Positions 8,729-20,077 are shown, counted from the stretch's first letter. The stretch is DNA of 64,000 bases from Candidatus Heimdallarchaeota archaeon (GCA_019057815.1 JAHLWR010000011.1:65648-129647), one strand, 5' to 3'. Notes: generated by a model from the letters alone, not told the origin. Translations and numbers: made by a program.

Positions 8729-10171
8729 ATGAGACCAGCTCTTAATGTTTTGGAAGATGAATTAAAAGAAAAAGTTGTAATAGAAGCAATTGAAATCCTT
8801 GAAGAAATAGGTTTCTTTGTTGAAAATCAGGATGCAATTGAAATATTAAAGAATGAAGGAGTTAAAGTTGAACAAAATCGAGCCATTATACCACAAGATT
8901 TAGTTAAAAAGGCTCTAAAAACTGCTCCTTCTTCTATATCGCTATTTGATCGAGAAGGGAAAGAAGTATCAAAACTTGAAGGAGATAACATTTGTTTTGA
9001 CCCTGGATCAGCTGCTTTGAATGTTCTTGACACAGAAACTAACGAAATTCGTCAAGCAGTTACTAAGGATTTTATTGATTTCACAAAAATTGTTGAGCAA
9101 TTAGAACATATACATGCTCAAAGTACAGCTATTGTATGTTCTGATGTTCATGAAGAGGTAGGTGATAGTTATCGTCTTTATCTTGCTCTAATTTATTCGA
9201 AAAAACCAATCATTACAGGGACATTTCGAAAAGAATCATTTGAAACAATGAAAAATATGCTTATCTCAATCCGAGGAGACGAGAAAAGATTAAGAGAAAA
9301 ACCTTTGGCTATTTTTGATGCATGTCCATCTCCACCGTTAAAATGGAGTGATTTAACTTGTCAAAGTGTAATTGACTGTGCTAAATATGGAATTCCCTCT
9401 GAATTTGTTTCAATGCCCATGACTGGTGCAAATGCTCCTGTTACAATTCTTGGATCGATTGTCCAACATGCAGCTGAAACCCTAGCAGGATTAGTGATAT
9501 CTCAGTTAGTTTCGCCAGGAGCTCCAGTTATTTGGGGAGGATCTCCTGCGGCTTTTGATATGAGAAAAGGAACAATATATTTAGCTTCTGTTGACACTAT
9601 TCTTATTGATTTAGGTTATGTAGAAATTGGCAAATACCTCAATCTTCCTACTCATACTTATCTTGGTATGTCTGATGCCAAAATACTCGATATGCAATCT
9701 GGTTTTGAGACAGGAATGGGAGCTTTATTAGCAGGAATAAAAGGGGTAAATATGATCTCTGGAGCAGGAATGATGAATTTTGAATCAACTCAAAGTATTC
9801 AAAAAGTAGTAATCGATAATGACATTGCAGGAATGACATATAAATTTGTTAGTGGCATTACTCAAAGAGATGAACCAATAGCAAAGGATTTACTCAAGGA
9901 ATTCGATGAAAAAACACATCTATTATCACATGACCATACACTGAAGTGGTTCAGAGAAGAGCTTTATTTGCCAAGTACAGTTGTTGATCGATCAACAGAA
10001 GAAGAATGGATAAGTAAGGGGAGAAAATCTATTGGACAAAGAGCAAAAGAAAGAGTAGAAAAATTACTTTCTAAATATCCTGGAATATCCATTGAAAAAG
10101 ATATTATTAATGATTTGACAAATATAATGAAATATAATAAAATGGATTCTATCCATTTTGTTGATAAATAA
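8729..10171 (+). CDS. Trimethylamine methyltransferase (MttB) superfamily, non-pyrrolysine member
   Basis: PSPPLKW, GANAPVT, PGAPVIWGG, FDMRKGT, LGMSDAK (Met at the Pyl-equivalent site), GAGMMNF, VIDND, HTLKWFR. Confidence 0.93.
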   Translation: MRPALNVLEDELKEKVVIEAIEILEEIGFFVENQDAIEILKNEGVKVEQNRAIIPQDLVKKALKTAPSSISLFDREGKEVSKLEGDNICFDPGSAALNVLDTETNEIRQAVTKDFIDFTKIVEQLEHIHAQSTAIVCSDVHEEVGDSYRLYLALIYSKKPIITGTFRKESFETMKNMLISIRGDEKRLREKPLAIFDACPSPPLKWSDLTCQSVIDCAKYGIPSEFVSMPMTGANAPVTILGSIVQHAAETLAGLVISQLVSPGAPVIWGGSPAAFDMRKGTIYLASVDTILIDLGYVEIGKYLNLPTHTYLGMSDAKILDMQSGFETGMGALLAGIKGVNMISGAGMMNFESTQSIQKVVIDNDIAGMTYKFVSGITQRDEPIAKDLLKEFDEKTHLLSHDHTLKWFREELYLPSTVVDRSTEEEWISKGRKSIGQRAKERVEKLLSKYPGISIEKDIINDLTNIMKYNKMDSIHFVDK

Positions 10172-10213
10172 TTTCTAACTAAAGCAAGAGAAAGCCTTTA
10201 TTCAAGCAACCAC

Positions 10214-13200
10214 TTAGAACAATAAGCTCTTTAATACTTTGACAAGTTCTCCAGCCCAACTTAACCAAGGATTTTCAGTTGCATACAAAGCAATTTGCAT
10301 ATATTTACTACATACAGTATGGATAAAATTTTGTATTTCATTACTATTAACTTCATAGACAGTTCTAGTTCTTCCAGCAAAAGAACCTTTGGGGATAAGA
10401 CCAAAAGACATGTGTTTATAGAAGTTCTCCTTTGTTAGTTTTCCATATATAGCTTTATTCCAAATCTGATTACGCAATGTTTCTTCTTCTTGTTTATACC
10501 AACAAACAAAGATTTCAAATAAATCATTAAATACCAGATTAATAATCCTTCCAAGTCTTTCTAATAACCAACCAACTTCAAATTCATTTAGAGAAATCGT
10601 AAGTCCAGGATTTTTTTGATTGAGTTTAGCTTTGTTTAACCTATTTACCCAGTTTTTATGCATACCTATTATTCTAGTTTTTCCTTTCTTATTCAACCAA
10701 GGAGCTTCAAGAAGCTTGTCTTTAATAATATCAAGAGATTTCTCATTTCTAGCCTTTATTTGGAATGTATAATAAGTATAATCACCTTCTTCATTTCTTA
10801 AAATAGAAGCAATGTAATTAGCTTGATTTCTCTTAACAATATATTCTAAGTAATTACCTTTTTGTTTCAATCTGTAAAGACCTTTTTGATTTTCTATCGT
10901 AAAAAGTTTTTTTGATTGCTTACCTTTTGTGAATTTTCTAATTATAGTAATGTAACATGGAACTTCATCTTTCTTAGCGAAAGTTTTTGTATCAAACCAA
11001 TCAGCTCTAATAAGATTCTTTCTATCTATTCTCCTATTGCCAGATTCTTTACTTACTGTGAAAGTTTCATCTACAATTGTGTAAATTCTATTTTTCGCAT
11101 CACCACTAAATAATTTATATGATTCATTAAAGACATCATTATTTCTCATTAAATTAGCAATATCAAACATTGGATCTACCAATTGTTGAAACATTTCTAA
11201 ATTTTCATCAAATAGTTTTTGTGCAATTTTCTTTTTCCTAAAATTATATGAACCATCTGCAAAAAAGGTTCTAGTTGGCATTTCACCATAACCCTCAAAA
11301 TAACTTCTAGTATATTTATCAGCATCCCCAAATATACCTTCTAAAATAATAGGTTCATCAGCATTTAATGCTCTACTTGTGAATTTCTCATATGAAGTTT
11401 GGAACCATTCAGAATTTTGTATTTCAGCATCTATGGAACTATTTCCAGTTCTAAATGTGAAATAGAACACTCCATCTAAACCTAACATATGAGCTTCACC
11501 TCTAGGATTATTCAGATAAGGATGAAATCGATATGTATTATTTGTTTTAGAGAGTGGTTAAGGATTAGCTGTGAAAAAAGCCAAATCAGTTTCATAAACA
11601 AAATCCTCTGTTACAATTTCATTCCATTTTGCAAGTTTCTTACCATTTCTAATATCATTAGCAAATCGTGTCTTTATTTCAACAATCAAATCTTGTTTAT
11701 GCTTGAAATAATATTCTTCTGTACAAACTATTCCATTATCATCTGACAATATTATACTTTCAGGAATATCAAAGTCTGTGATGAATATTCTGTAGTACTC
11801 TGGTTCAAGACCTAAGGAAACCATGAAATTTGTATCTTCAGATAAAATAAACGAATAGTATCTATCTACTACTATAGTTTCATTTGGGAATTCTGGTGAA
11901 TATACATTTGAAGGTTCCATAAACACAGGATTATCGTCTTCAAATATCCTGAAATCTCTATCATATATTGTTCTAGAAATAGTACCACTGTGGCAGTTAA
12001 ATTTGAAAGTATAGCTTCTTTTTGGCAAATATATAACATGTTTATAATTGTTTAAATCACCAGTATAATCAAGTATGAATCCATTTTCCATTAATCCTTC
12101 AAAGAAACATTGTTCTCTGACTGCATCAATAAGTGATTCTTGAAGTGTTTTTCCACTTGAATCGGGTACAATTTCATGTAAGGGAAATATTTGTCCTTTG
12201 TTGCTCTTTTCCCAGCTCTTAGCTAACATATTTAATTGATCATTAAATTGGTTAAGTTTTGTAATACCATCATTTCCTCTACCAAAAGTTGTATACATAC
12301 TAAAACCCGTATCCGCTATGAATTCCAATTCACCATTCTTTGAAATTTTGCATGCACCAACAGGGAGACCATCGATTGAATATATTTTTTCAATAGATTG
12401 TCGAAAACTGGAACTCATTTGCCTTTTGATGTTACATGGTTGCAACCAATCTCTTGTGTTGCTAGTTCTCCATTTAAGTTCAATAGGATTATATCTACTA
12501 AGCTTCTTAAATCCAGTACCTTCTTCTACCGTTATAATAAGAAGATCATATCCTTGACCACTACCAATAGATACATGATTTAAACCACATGCTAAATTAT
12601 TAGTATCCAAATATTCGCTAATTTTGGCCAAACTAGGATGTTCTAGATCTGAAGACATTTCTGCAGAACTTGCTAGAAATATAATCAATTCAGATAGATG
12701 TTCTTTTTCATTGGTTGTTAAAACACTATTATTTCTAAAATTGCTGAGAAGTTTTAAGAAATATGATTCTGATACTTCATTTAATACTTTATTTGGCAAC
12801 ATATCTTCTTTTATAGCAGCTTTCAAAGAATGAACGAATTCATCGAAAGGATTTTTAACATTTATGTCCAACATGCTTAGAAGTTTAGTTGAGAAAATGT
12901 TAAATCCCGTTCCATCTTCAGTCCCTTTCTTTGCATAGGAAATTAGTTTTTTAGAAAAATCGATTTCTACATTGTTGTCATGTCCATCATCCTTAAACGG
13001 CTCTATTTCGTGTTCTAATGTTTTATGTTGTTTGTAGTGGAGAGACTGTTCATATGAAAATTCTAACTCATTTAATTGTGACCATGTTAAATGTGAAAGG
13101 TCGGGTAATTTGAATCGTTTTCTCATCCATGTAATTTGTTTCTTTACTTGTTCTATGATTGTTAGCTCTTCTTGTATTTCATTTATTATCTCTTCATAGA

Positions 13201-13285
13201 ATTCATCAATTACTTTTTTTGTAATGCTTTTTATTTCGTTTCTCGTCCTTTCTAAGTTAACCATCTTCATACTATTATCCGACAA
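10214..13285 (-). pseudogene. ~1,023-codon protein with a DUF3883-like PD-(D/E)xK nuclease motif, split by one in-frame TAA at 11558-11560
   Basis: ORFs 11558..13285 and 10214..11488 share a frame and are joined by 23 sense codons (ANP*PLSKTNNTYRFHPYLNNPRGEAHMLG). Nuclease-like motif GQGYDLLII...PIELKWR. Confidence 0.65.
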
Positions 13286-13413
13286 ATGCTATTTAAAGTA
13301 AGGAAAAAAAGAAAGAAAGCAGTAGTCAATTGATACTCTAATCCTTATTCATTGTGGTGTTACCATATAATCCCGTTTAGATGAGTTTTATGTTTTATTA
13401 GTGTAATTCTGCA

Positions 13414-15789
13414 TTATATTGTTCTGTTTATTATTTGATTCATTTTTTCTACTAACTCCTGCAATAGTGAATAATTGGAAATTCTACTGGTCAAATTTTC
13501 TACCACATCATATATGATCTCTGGTTTCTTAATCTTCTCAATGTCAAGCTTTTCATTGGTTATTTTTTCAATAACATCTTCCAATTTTCCTACTTTCCAA
13601 ACAAAAATATTCTCTTTAAGTAGTAGTTGAAAGATTTCTTCAAACAATTGCTCATCTTGTTCAATATCTAAAAGTGTTTTATCATAAAATTGTTCTAAAT
13701 CATTGTTGATATTAAATTCACTTGCAATATGTCCTATAGTGGATGATGTGAATTTAGGATATTTCTTATCTTCAAGCACTTCATCTCCATGTTTAAAGAA
13801 AGCTGAATCACGATCTAGAACAGCTAAAAATTCTGTTTTCAACTGCTTCATTAATTTCCAAACAATTGGGAACTGATCTTTACCTCCTAAAATGATAAAA
13901 TCCCAATTATATTTCTCTAAACCAAAACTTTCACCATATTTTCTATCTAGTTCTTTGATAAATAGTCTGTCATAGTAACCTTCTACTACTAAAACTCGTT
14001 CTGCAAATAACAAAACTGTCACACTATCAATACGTTCAAGGAATTTTGCTGCATTTATTTCATTTTTATGGCTTTTTGAAGACAATTTTAATTCTTCAAG
14101 TAGAGTTATGTCAAAAGGCAATATTTCTCCCCTGATACACTTCCAAATACTTGTTTTTTGGAAATCTGTAATGAAATAGGGAGAATGAGTAATTAAAATG
14201 AATGTTGGAGTTTCATCTCCTTTAATATTTCCAAATACCTTGTAACTGATTTTTCTTTGTAGTTGAGGATGTAAAGCACGTGCAGGTTCATCAATAATTA
14301 TAGTTTTGTCTCCAATTTCGTACAGTGATGTTAGAATCATAAGGGTTTCATACGCTCCACTTGGAGCATCTTGTATTTCAATTGGGACGTTTTCCTTTGT
14401 GACAAATTGTATAAATGGTTCGCTTTTTATCCAATTACTTCTTATTTTGTCCCATTGAACTACACCTTTCGTTTCATTGCCTAATCTTTGAGAACTATAA
14501 TCTGAATCTTTGACTGTTTCTAAGGTAAGAAATGGTTTTTCATTTTCAATAGTTGTCTCTGTTTCTTTAACATAAATATCAAATTTCATCTTAAATATAT
14601 CATTAAAGCTCTTTTGTAAGTAATAAAATCTCTTTCTTACACTTTGCATATGTGCATTTTTCCAACTATAAAGCAACTTCGAAAGTTTGGGTAATGTGAG
14701 ATAACTAACACCTAATGAATCTTCTTCAATCAATCCCCTGTGTTCTGGTATAATAATTGTTTTAGTTTTGAAGATTTGCTTGATAATATCAAAAAGACTT
14801 AATAATTTATCTGAGGAAAACTTATCTTCATATATCTCTTTCAGTTGAGGAAGTATTTTATGTAATAAATTCTTTGTTTCTCCTATTCCAAATTTTATAT
14901 CCAATCTAGGAATAGAAATATTCGGAGGATTGGCTAAAGAAAAATGCTCGATTAATGCTTTTCTTAGAAAATCTGATGATATTATGACATCTTCGTGCTG
15001 TAAATAATTGTGGACAAATTTGGGAAAATTGTCAGTTTCTGATCTGTCATTTCCAATTTTGAGATATTCAGAGTCTAATTTGATGTTCTTTTTTTGCCAT
15101 TTTAATAAAACACATGTATTAATTCTTGTTACATCTGCCGATAATTTAAATTCAATATCTTTAAAAATCTCTCCAATAATTTTGTGTGTTTCCTCAAGAT
15201 GTAAGTAATTCTTGATATTGTTGTAATAATCTTTTCTTAAAATCCCCAAATCAGGTTCAAAATCTGTTCTTTTGAGTATTTCTTTAACTTCTGAAAAATT
15301 ATATTGATTAATGTGAGATACTAATAAATTCTTTTTTTCTTCCATTTTTCTATCAGAAAACTTTTCATTTTCTGGAATTGCTATTTTTAGAATTGGTTGA
15401 AGTTTTTGAAAAATTGTATAGAGCTGATTCTCATCAAATTTATCTATCAAGTTTTTATAAGTCATATCTCTTAAAGTACCAAATTTATCAGGATTGAAAA
15501 GCTCTTTAATCTCTCTATAGATGTTTATGCAGAGGATAGAACCCAGTAATTTTTGTTCTGCTTTTGAGAGGGTTATTTCCAAAGAAATCTCTATTTCAGG
15601 GTCATAAGAGGCTAAATCCAAGGAATAATTATGTAGGCAATTCGCAACTAGTTGAATTGCCCTTAATACATTAGTTTTTCCTGAACCATTAGGTCCTACA
15701 ATAAAGCTTAATCCTTTGGAGAAACGAATTGTTTGCACAGTTTCACCATAAGATCTGAAATTTTTGATTTTTAGAGAGACAATCCGCAT
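13414..15789 (-). CDS. OLD-family ATP-dependent nuclease (ABC ATPase + TOPRIM)
   Basis: IKNFRS, Walker A GPNGSGKT, Walker B/D-loop IIIDEPARALHP, H-loop ITHSPY; TOPRIM VLVVEGYYD, GGK and LDRD. Confidence 0.9.
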   Translation of the reverse strand: MRIVSLKIKNFRSYGETVQTIRFSKGLSFIVGPNGSGKTNVLRAIQLVANCLHNYSLDLASYDPEIEISLEITLSKAEQKLLGSILCINIYREIKELFNPDKFGTLRDMTYKNLIDKFDENQLYTIFQKLQPILKIAIPENEKFSDRKMEEKKNLLVSHINQYNFSEVKEILKRTDFEPDLGILRKDYYNNIKNYLHLEETHKIIGEIFKDIEFKLSADVTRINTCVLLKWQKKNIKLDSEYLKIGNDRSETDNFPKFVHNYLQHEDVIISSDFLRKALIEHFSLANPPNISIPRLDIKFGIGETKNLLHKILPQLKEIYEDKFSSDKLLSLFDIIKQIFKTKTIIIPEHRGLIEEDSLGVSYLTLPKLSKLLYSWKNAHMQSVRKRFYYLQKSFNDIFKMKFDIYVKETETTIENEKPFLTLETVKDSDYSSQRLGNETKGVVQWDKIRSNWIKSEPFIQFVTKENVPIEIQDAPSGAYETLMILTSLYEIGDKTIIIDEPARALHPQLQRKISYKVFGNIKGDETPTFILITHSPYFITDFQKTSIWKCIRGEILPFDITLLEELKLSSKSHKNEINAAKFLERIDSVTVLLFAERVLVVEGYYDRLFIKELDRKYGESFGLEKYNWDFIILGGKDQFPIVWKLMKQLKTEFLAVLDRDSAFFKHGDEVLEDKKYPKFTSSTIGHIASEFNINNDLEQFYDKTLLDIEQDEQLFEEIFQLLLKENIFVWKVGKLEDVIEKITNEKLDIEKIKKPEIIYDVVENLTSRISNYSLLQELVEKMNQIINRTI

Positions 15790-16044
15790 ATTTTATTAAT
15801 TCACATTTTATTTTAAAAACTCATTGATTTAAATAAGAAATAAATTTAGAGCTAAAATAGAATCAGATATTATGTAAAAAAATCTGCATTTTACTAGAGA
15901 TTTGATTAGTAAATTGTTTTTTCTATAGTATGATCGAAACTGTTTTTTTTCGTAGATGAATCTTAAATAATATTATAGAAAAATTGTTATCAAACACAAG
16001 TTTGTCTTTCCTGATTATTATACTTCTTAAATTAATAAAGCAGC

Positions 16045-18027
16045 TCATACATCATAACAGTATTTATGCAATTCTTTCTGAAAATATCTCATTTTCTTTA
16101 ATAAATTTTTATTTCCAAATTTTTTTTGATATAGTATTTCAAAATCTTGAAAATTTAGAATAGATATTTCACCACTAATTTCCTGTCTCTTTAATATTTT
16201 TTTTATTTCACTACTTATTTTCACATAATTGTCAGTTCCAAGTTCTTTATCTTCTCCTTTAAAATCTAGGTCTAAATAATGAGCTTCAAACTTTAAATGA
16301 CTGTTCTTATTTAATCCAAATTTTTTCTTTAACATATTTCTCTTTCTTTTCAATTTCTTATATCTATCAATGAATGCTGCAAAATCTTCTAGTGATAAAT
16401 TTTCTCGTTTTAAGTTTAGTTTTGCTTCTACATAAATCACTCCATAGTAATTATCATTTTCTTCTATGATGATAGAGTCGAATTCATTATTAGCAATCTC
16501 ACAATTCGGGTATACTGTTCTATTTTTTGAGGAATAATAAGAAAATACAATAGTTTCATTGAGCGTGGGTAGAATATGTAAAGATAATTTTGATAGATTT
16601 TTTAATTCATTTTCTAAATTTATTATCTTCTTATCCCTTAAAAATTCCCGGTATTTAGATTCTGGTATATGAAATATCTTAACTGTGTTTGTATCATCAA
16701 TAGTACTTACTATTTTTTGTATTTCCCAGAATGGTTCCAAACTTGATATCCCGTCTCCTAACCAATTACAGCCTATATAGCTGGTTACTGCATAGTGAGA
16801 AGCGTCAGTAAAGAAAGAACCATATCCTGAAATGAAAAATCCAAATGAAATTAGATAAGAATCCTCTGGATTTGTTTCATCCTTTAATTTCACAAGAAAC
16901 TTTTTTGAAACTTCACGTATTTCATTTTTTCTAGAATTCATTGAAGAAAGAATAACTATCATTTGAGGATTAGGAGGAAGGTCGATTCCATTTTTTATCA
17001 ACCACATTAAATTATTACTAAATATTCGTAAATATGACAGTGCTGTAAATGGGTGTTTTGTTAAAAGTCTTGACTCATAGAGATAAAAGAGTTGAGAAAC
17101 ATCTCTATTTGTTTTATGATCGGGAATATGCCTAATTTCCTCAGATAAATTTACAATGGGAAGATCCTGTATTTCACAATTAATAACACCTTTGTACCCT
17201 GTAGTGCATTGATTTCTTTTGAGACCATCTGATATTTTATTAAAAAAACTATCAAGAGTTCTTTCATAAATACAATCAAAATCAAATATCTCTCTATCCC
17301 AAGAATTTACATTTTGTATTTTTGTTAAAATCTCATTTGATACAAATATTTTATGAAAGAATTTCTTTCCTAATGTGCATTCCCAAAAATATAACATCGA
17401 AAGAACATATCCTTTTAATGGATTTGAATTTCTAATTTCTTCTTTTGGTAAAGGACGATTTTCTTCAAACATCGTCCCATAACAGTTTCTTACATTTCTG
17501 ATATCATTGAAATATGCTAGAACTAAATTTGAGTAGTAGTGGTTATTATTATTAAAATTGAAGTTTTTTATTGAACTGAAATAAATTTTCTCCAACGCAT
17601 AGTGAACTTCTTCAAAAACAAGGTATAGTTCTTTACAGATAACACCAATTTGATTTAATTTGTTTGATTTCCTTATATCTCTTGCATAGTTCAAAACTAA
17701 CGTAATGAGTTTATTATGCTCAGAATTAGAAAATTCTTTTAGTTTCTCCAAAGAATAACCTGCAGATAAAGCTCTATGAATTAAAAAATCATCCTTAACA
17801 CCGAATATATCAGGATAGACAAGAATGAAATCAATTATTTTTTTCAAAATAATAAGTAATATAATCTTATGACCTAGTAGAAGTTTATTCTGACTAAAAT
17901 CTGGAAATAAATCATAACGATTTCTAAATTTCTGCATTTCATCAATATTAACAGACCATTTTAATGCTATTAAATACCACAAATTAAAGGGTAATTGAAT
18001 TTCACATGTAATTGTTTTTCTAACCAT
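16045..18027 (-). CDS. Hypothetical protein with a C-terminal PD-(D/E)xK nuclease-like domain
   Basis: 660-aa ORF with LNETIV...NEFDSIII...IYVEAK near the C-terminus. Confidence 0.6.
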   Translation of the reverse strand: MVRKTITCEIQLPFNLWYLIALKWSVNIDEMQKFRNRYDLFPDFSQNKLLLGHKIILLIILKKIIDFILVYPDIFGVKDDFLIHRALSAGYSLEKLKEFSNSEHNKLITLVLNYARDIRKSNKLNQIGVICKELYLVFEEVHYALEKIYFSSIKNFNFNNNNHYYSNLVLAYFNDIRNVRNCYGTMFEENRPLPKEEIRNSNPLKGYVLSMLYFWECTLGKKFFHKIFVSNEILTKIQNVNSWDREIFDFDCIYERTLDSFFNKISDGLKRNQCTTGYKGVINCEIQDLPIVNLSEEIRHIPDHKTNRDVSQLFYLYESRLLTKHPFTALSYLRIFSNNLMWLIKNGIDLPPNPQMIVILSSMNSRKNEIREVSKKFLVKLKDETNPEDSYLISFGFFISGYGSFFTDASHYAVTSYIGCNWLGDGISSLEPFWEIQKIVSTIDDTNTVKIFHIPESKYREFLRDKKIINLENELKNLSKLSLHILPTLNETIVFSYYSSKNRTVYPNCEIANNEFDSIIIEENDNYYGVIYVEAKLNLKRENLSLEDFAAFIDRYKKLKRKRNMLKKKFGLNKNSHLKFEAHYLDLDFKGEDKELGTDNYVKISSEIKKILKRQEISGEISILNFQDFEILYQKKFGNKNLLKKMRYFQKELHKYCYDV

Positions 18028-18142
18028 AAAAACACTTCTACTGCTTTTACTTTTTTTTAATATTTAATAGATTTTTCTTTTCTTTTATTAAGAATGAATG
18101 GTTGTTAAAGAAAAAATTATTTCAACGATAATTTAGTGTAAG

Positions 18143-18736
18143 TATTTAGGTTCCATTGACACTATGCTTCTAGATCTAGGGTATGTTGAAATTGGTAAAT
18201 ATCTAAATCTACCAACTCATGCATATCTAGGACTTTCTGATGCTAAAATTCTAGACACTCAAACAGGTTTTGAGACAGGAATGGGAGCACTGTTAGCGGG
18301 TATTAAAGGAGTGAACATGATTTCTGGTGCAGGAATGATAGATTTTGAAACAACGCAAAGTATTCAGAAAGTAATCATAGATGATGAAATATGTGGAATG
18401 GTTTACAAGTTTATCGGAGGTATTACTCAAAGAGATGAACCAATAGCCAAAAACTTACTAAAAGAATTAACAGAAACCACAACTCATCTATTATCACATG
18501 ACCATACTCTTAAGTGGTTTAGAAAAGAATTGCACATTCCTAGTTCAATTATCGATCGTTCTACGAAAGAAGAATGGGCTAATAAAGGTAGAAAAACTAC
18601 AGCAGAAAGAGCAAAAGAACAAGTAGAAAAATTGCTCAAAAAGTACTCTAGTACAAAGTTAGATAAGGATGTTATTGATGATTTATCAGAAATAATGGAA
18701 TACAAAAACTATAATTTCAAAAACCTTTTGCTTTAA
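18143..18736 (+). pseudogene. 5'-truncated second copy of the MttB-family gene (C-terminal ~197 codons)
   Basis: Colinear with 9578-10171 starting at the shared TATTTAG. In-frame TAG just upstream (18134-18136). Has LGLSDAK where copy 1 has LGMSDAK. Confidence 0.9.
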
Positions 18737-19044
18737 TTGAATTGAAATTAATAAAGAAAAACATGACCTAAAACCTTGTAATCACCTCTAGAGGGTATGG
18801 GCGTACAAAAGAAAGGTGTATCAGAGGAAAAGGCAGAGTAAAGTCGTGAGTTTATTGGTCAACTTGCGGTCATAAATAGTGAGGGGAGGGAGCTGGATTA
18901 AAACAAACTAGAGAAAATAGTTGAACCAAGTTGTAGCTTTATTGAATATATGAATTGCTATTTGCTTTTATCATTATCACATATGCTTGAATCTCACTCT
19001 TTAGAAGAACCAATGATAAATCCTCAGGCATGGAAATTTCAGTT

Positions 19045-20073
19045 TTAATATAGTATTTTCCTCCTTACTACATACTTATCTTTGTTAGAATGTTTTACTT
19101 TTCTTCTAGAACTCTTGAATACTAAAAGAATTACAAAAGAAAAGATTAACGTAGATAATTGCCAAGAAGAATCCACAGGACCTTCACTTATAACATGACA
19201 AATGCTTTCCACATACCATAAACGTTCCATCATACTATAAAGAATGAAATAGTTCTTAAATTGCTGATTTCTGTCTATATTTTGAGTGTAATTTATATGT
19301 ATATTATAGTGTATACAAGCATCATAAAAAGTATCTTCAGGACTACCATAATCATCGAAGTATGCATATGCTTCAATTTCTATTGTTCTATCTACAAAAC
19401 CAGTTAAATCATTAATAACTAGTTCTCTGAATTGAGTGTTTTTGACCCATGAGGAATCATTCCTTATCCATGGAGAAGCTATTAAACCATCCAATTCCTT
19501 GCAGACATAATTATTAGTATTGTTAAATGTATGACCAGTGTGTATTCCCATAAAAATAATAGCGTTATAAATTAAGGTATTTTCAAAAGCCATTGCAGAA
19601 ATATCAAAAACAGGGAAGGAAACATTTTCTACATACCAGAAAGTCGCATTATTCAGAGAAATGAAAGAGAAAAGGCTTTGAATTGCATTTTCACTGTTCT
19701 TAATTTCTGTATTTAGAAGAAAATAAATTTCCCCTGGTAGAAAGGATCTATTAATGGAATAGAAGTAGATTTCATCAAGGTTATCTATTGAATCTACTGC
19801 AGGTTGAAGATCATTTTGTATCATCTCAAGAAGAGCGAAATTCACTTCCCAATTATCTGTAGTAGCATTAAAAACTAGAACTTGCGCACTTATATTTCCA
19901 TTTGTCTTATTGTTTAGCGCTAAATCCAGCAAATTATACACGGGATAGCATTGATTACTAGGATCGATTTTTTCACTGAAAGAGCTACCAAATACGCTAT
20001 TTGGATGTACATTCAGTATAAGAATTGAAATGAAAGTTACAAGGAGTATTTTCTTGTTTTTATGGAACAACAT
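19045..20073 (-). CDS. Secreted, C-terminally anchored hypothetical protein (cargo gene 2)
   Basis: Signal peptide MLFHKNKKILLVTFISILIL from ATG 20073, many NxS/T sequons, C-terminal TM and basic tail; starts 4 bp after the protease stop. Confidence 0.75.
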   Translation of the reverse strand: MLFHKNKKILLVTFISILILNVHPNSVFGSSFSEKIDPSNQCYPVYNLLDLALNNKTNGNISAQVLVFNATTDNWEVNFALLEMIQNDLQPAVDSIDNLDEIYFYSINRSFLPGEIYFLLNTEIKNSENAIQSLFSFISLNNATFWYVENVSFPVFDISAMAFENTLIYNAIIFMGIHTGHTFNNTNNYVCKELDGLIASPWIRNDSSWVKNTQFRELVINDLTGFVDRTIEIEAYAYFDDYGSPEDTFYDACIHYNIHINYTQNIDRNQQFKNYFILYSMMERLWYVESICHVISEGPVDSSWQLSTLIFSFVILLVFKSSRRKVKHSNKDKYVVRRKILY

Positions 20074-20077
20074 ATAT

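Noticed and set aside
9668-9670. Pyrrolysine in the MttB gene
   Set aside because: The equivalent codon is ATG (CTT in copy 2); there is no in-frame TAG.
1935-11560. Genome-wide TAA reassignment suggested by two in-frame TAA codons
   Set aside because: Conserved genes such as gap and dnaK end at TAA at their expected C-termini.
13414-15789. Gabija, PARIS or retron system
   Set aside because: No UvrD helicase, separate AriA/AriB pair or reverse transcriptase is adjacent.
13316-18047. Inverted 10-mer AAAGCAGTAG / CTACTGCTTT around the OLD and 660-aa genes
   Set aside because: Short, embedded in A/T runs and without a target duplication; cannot be separated from chance.
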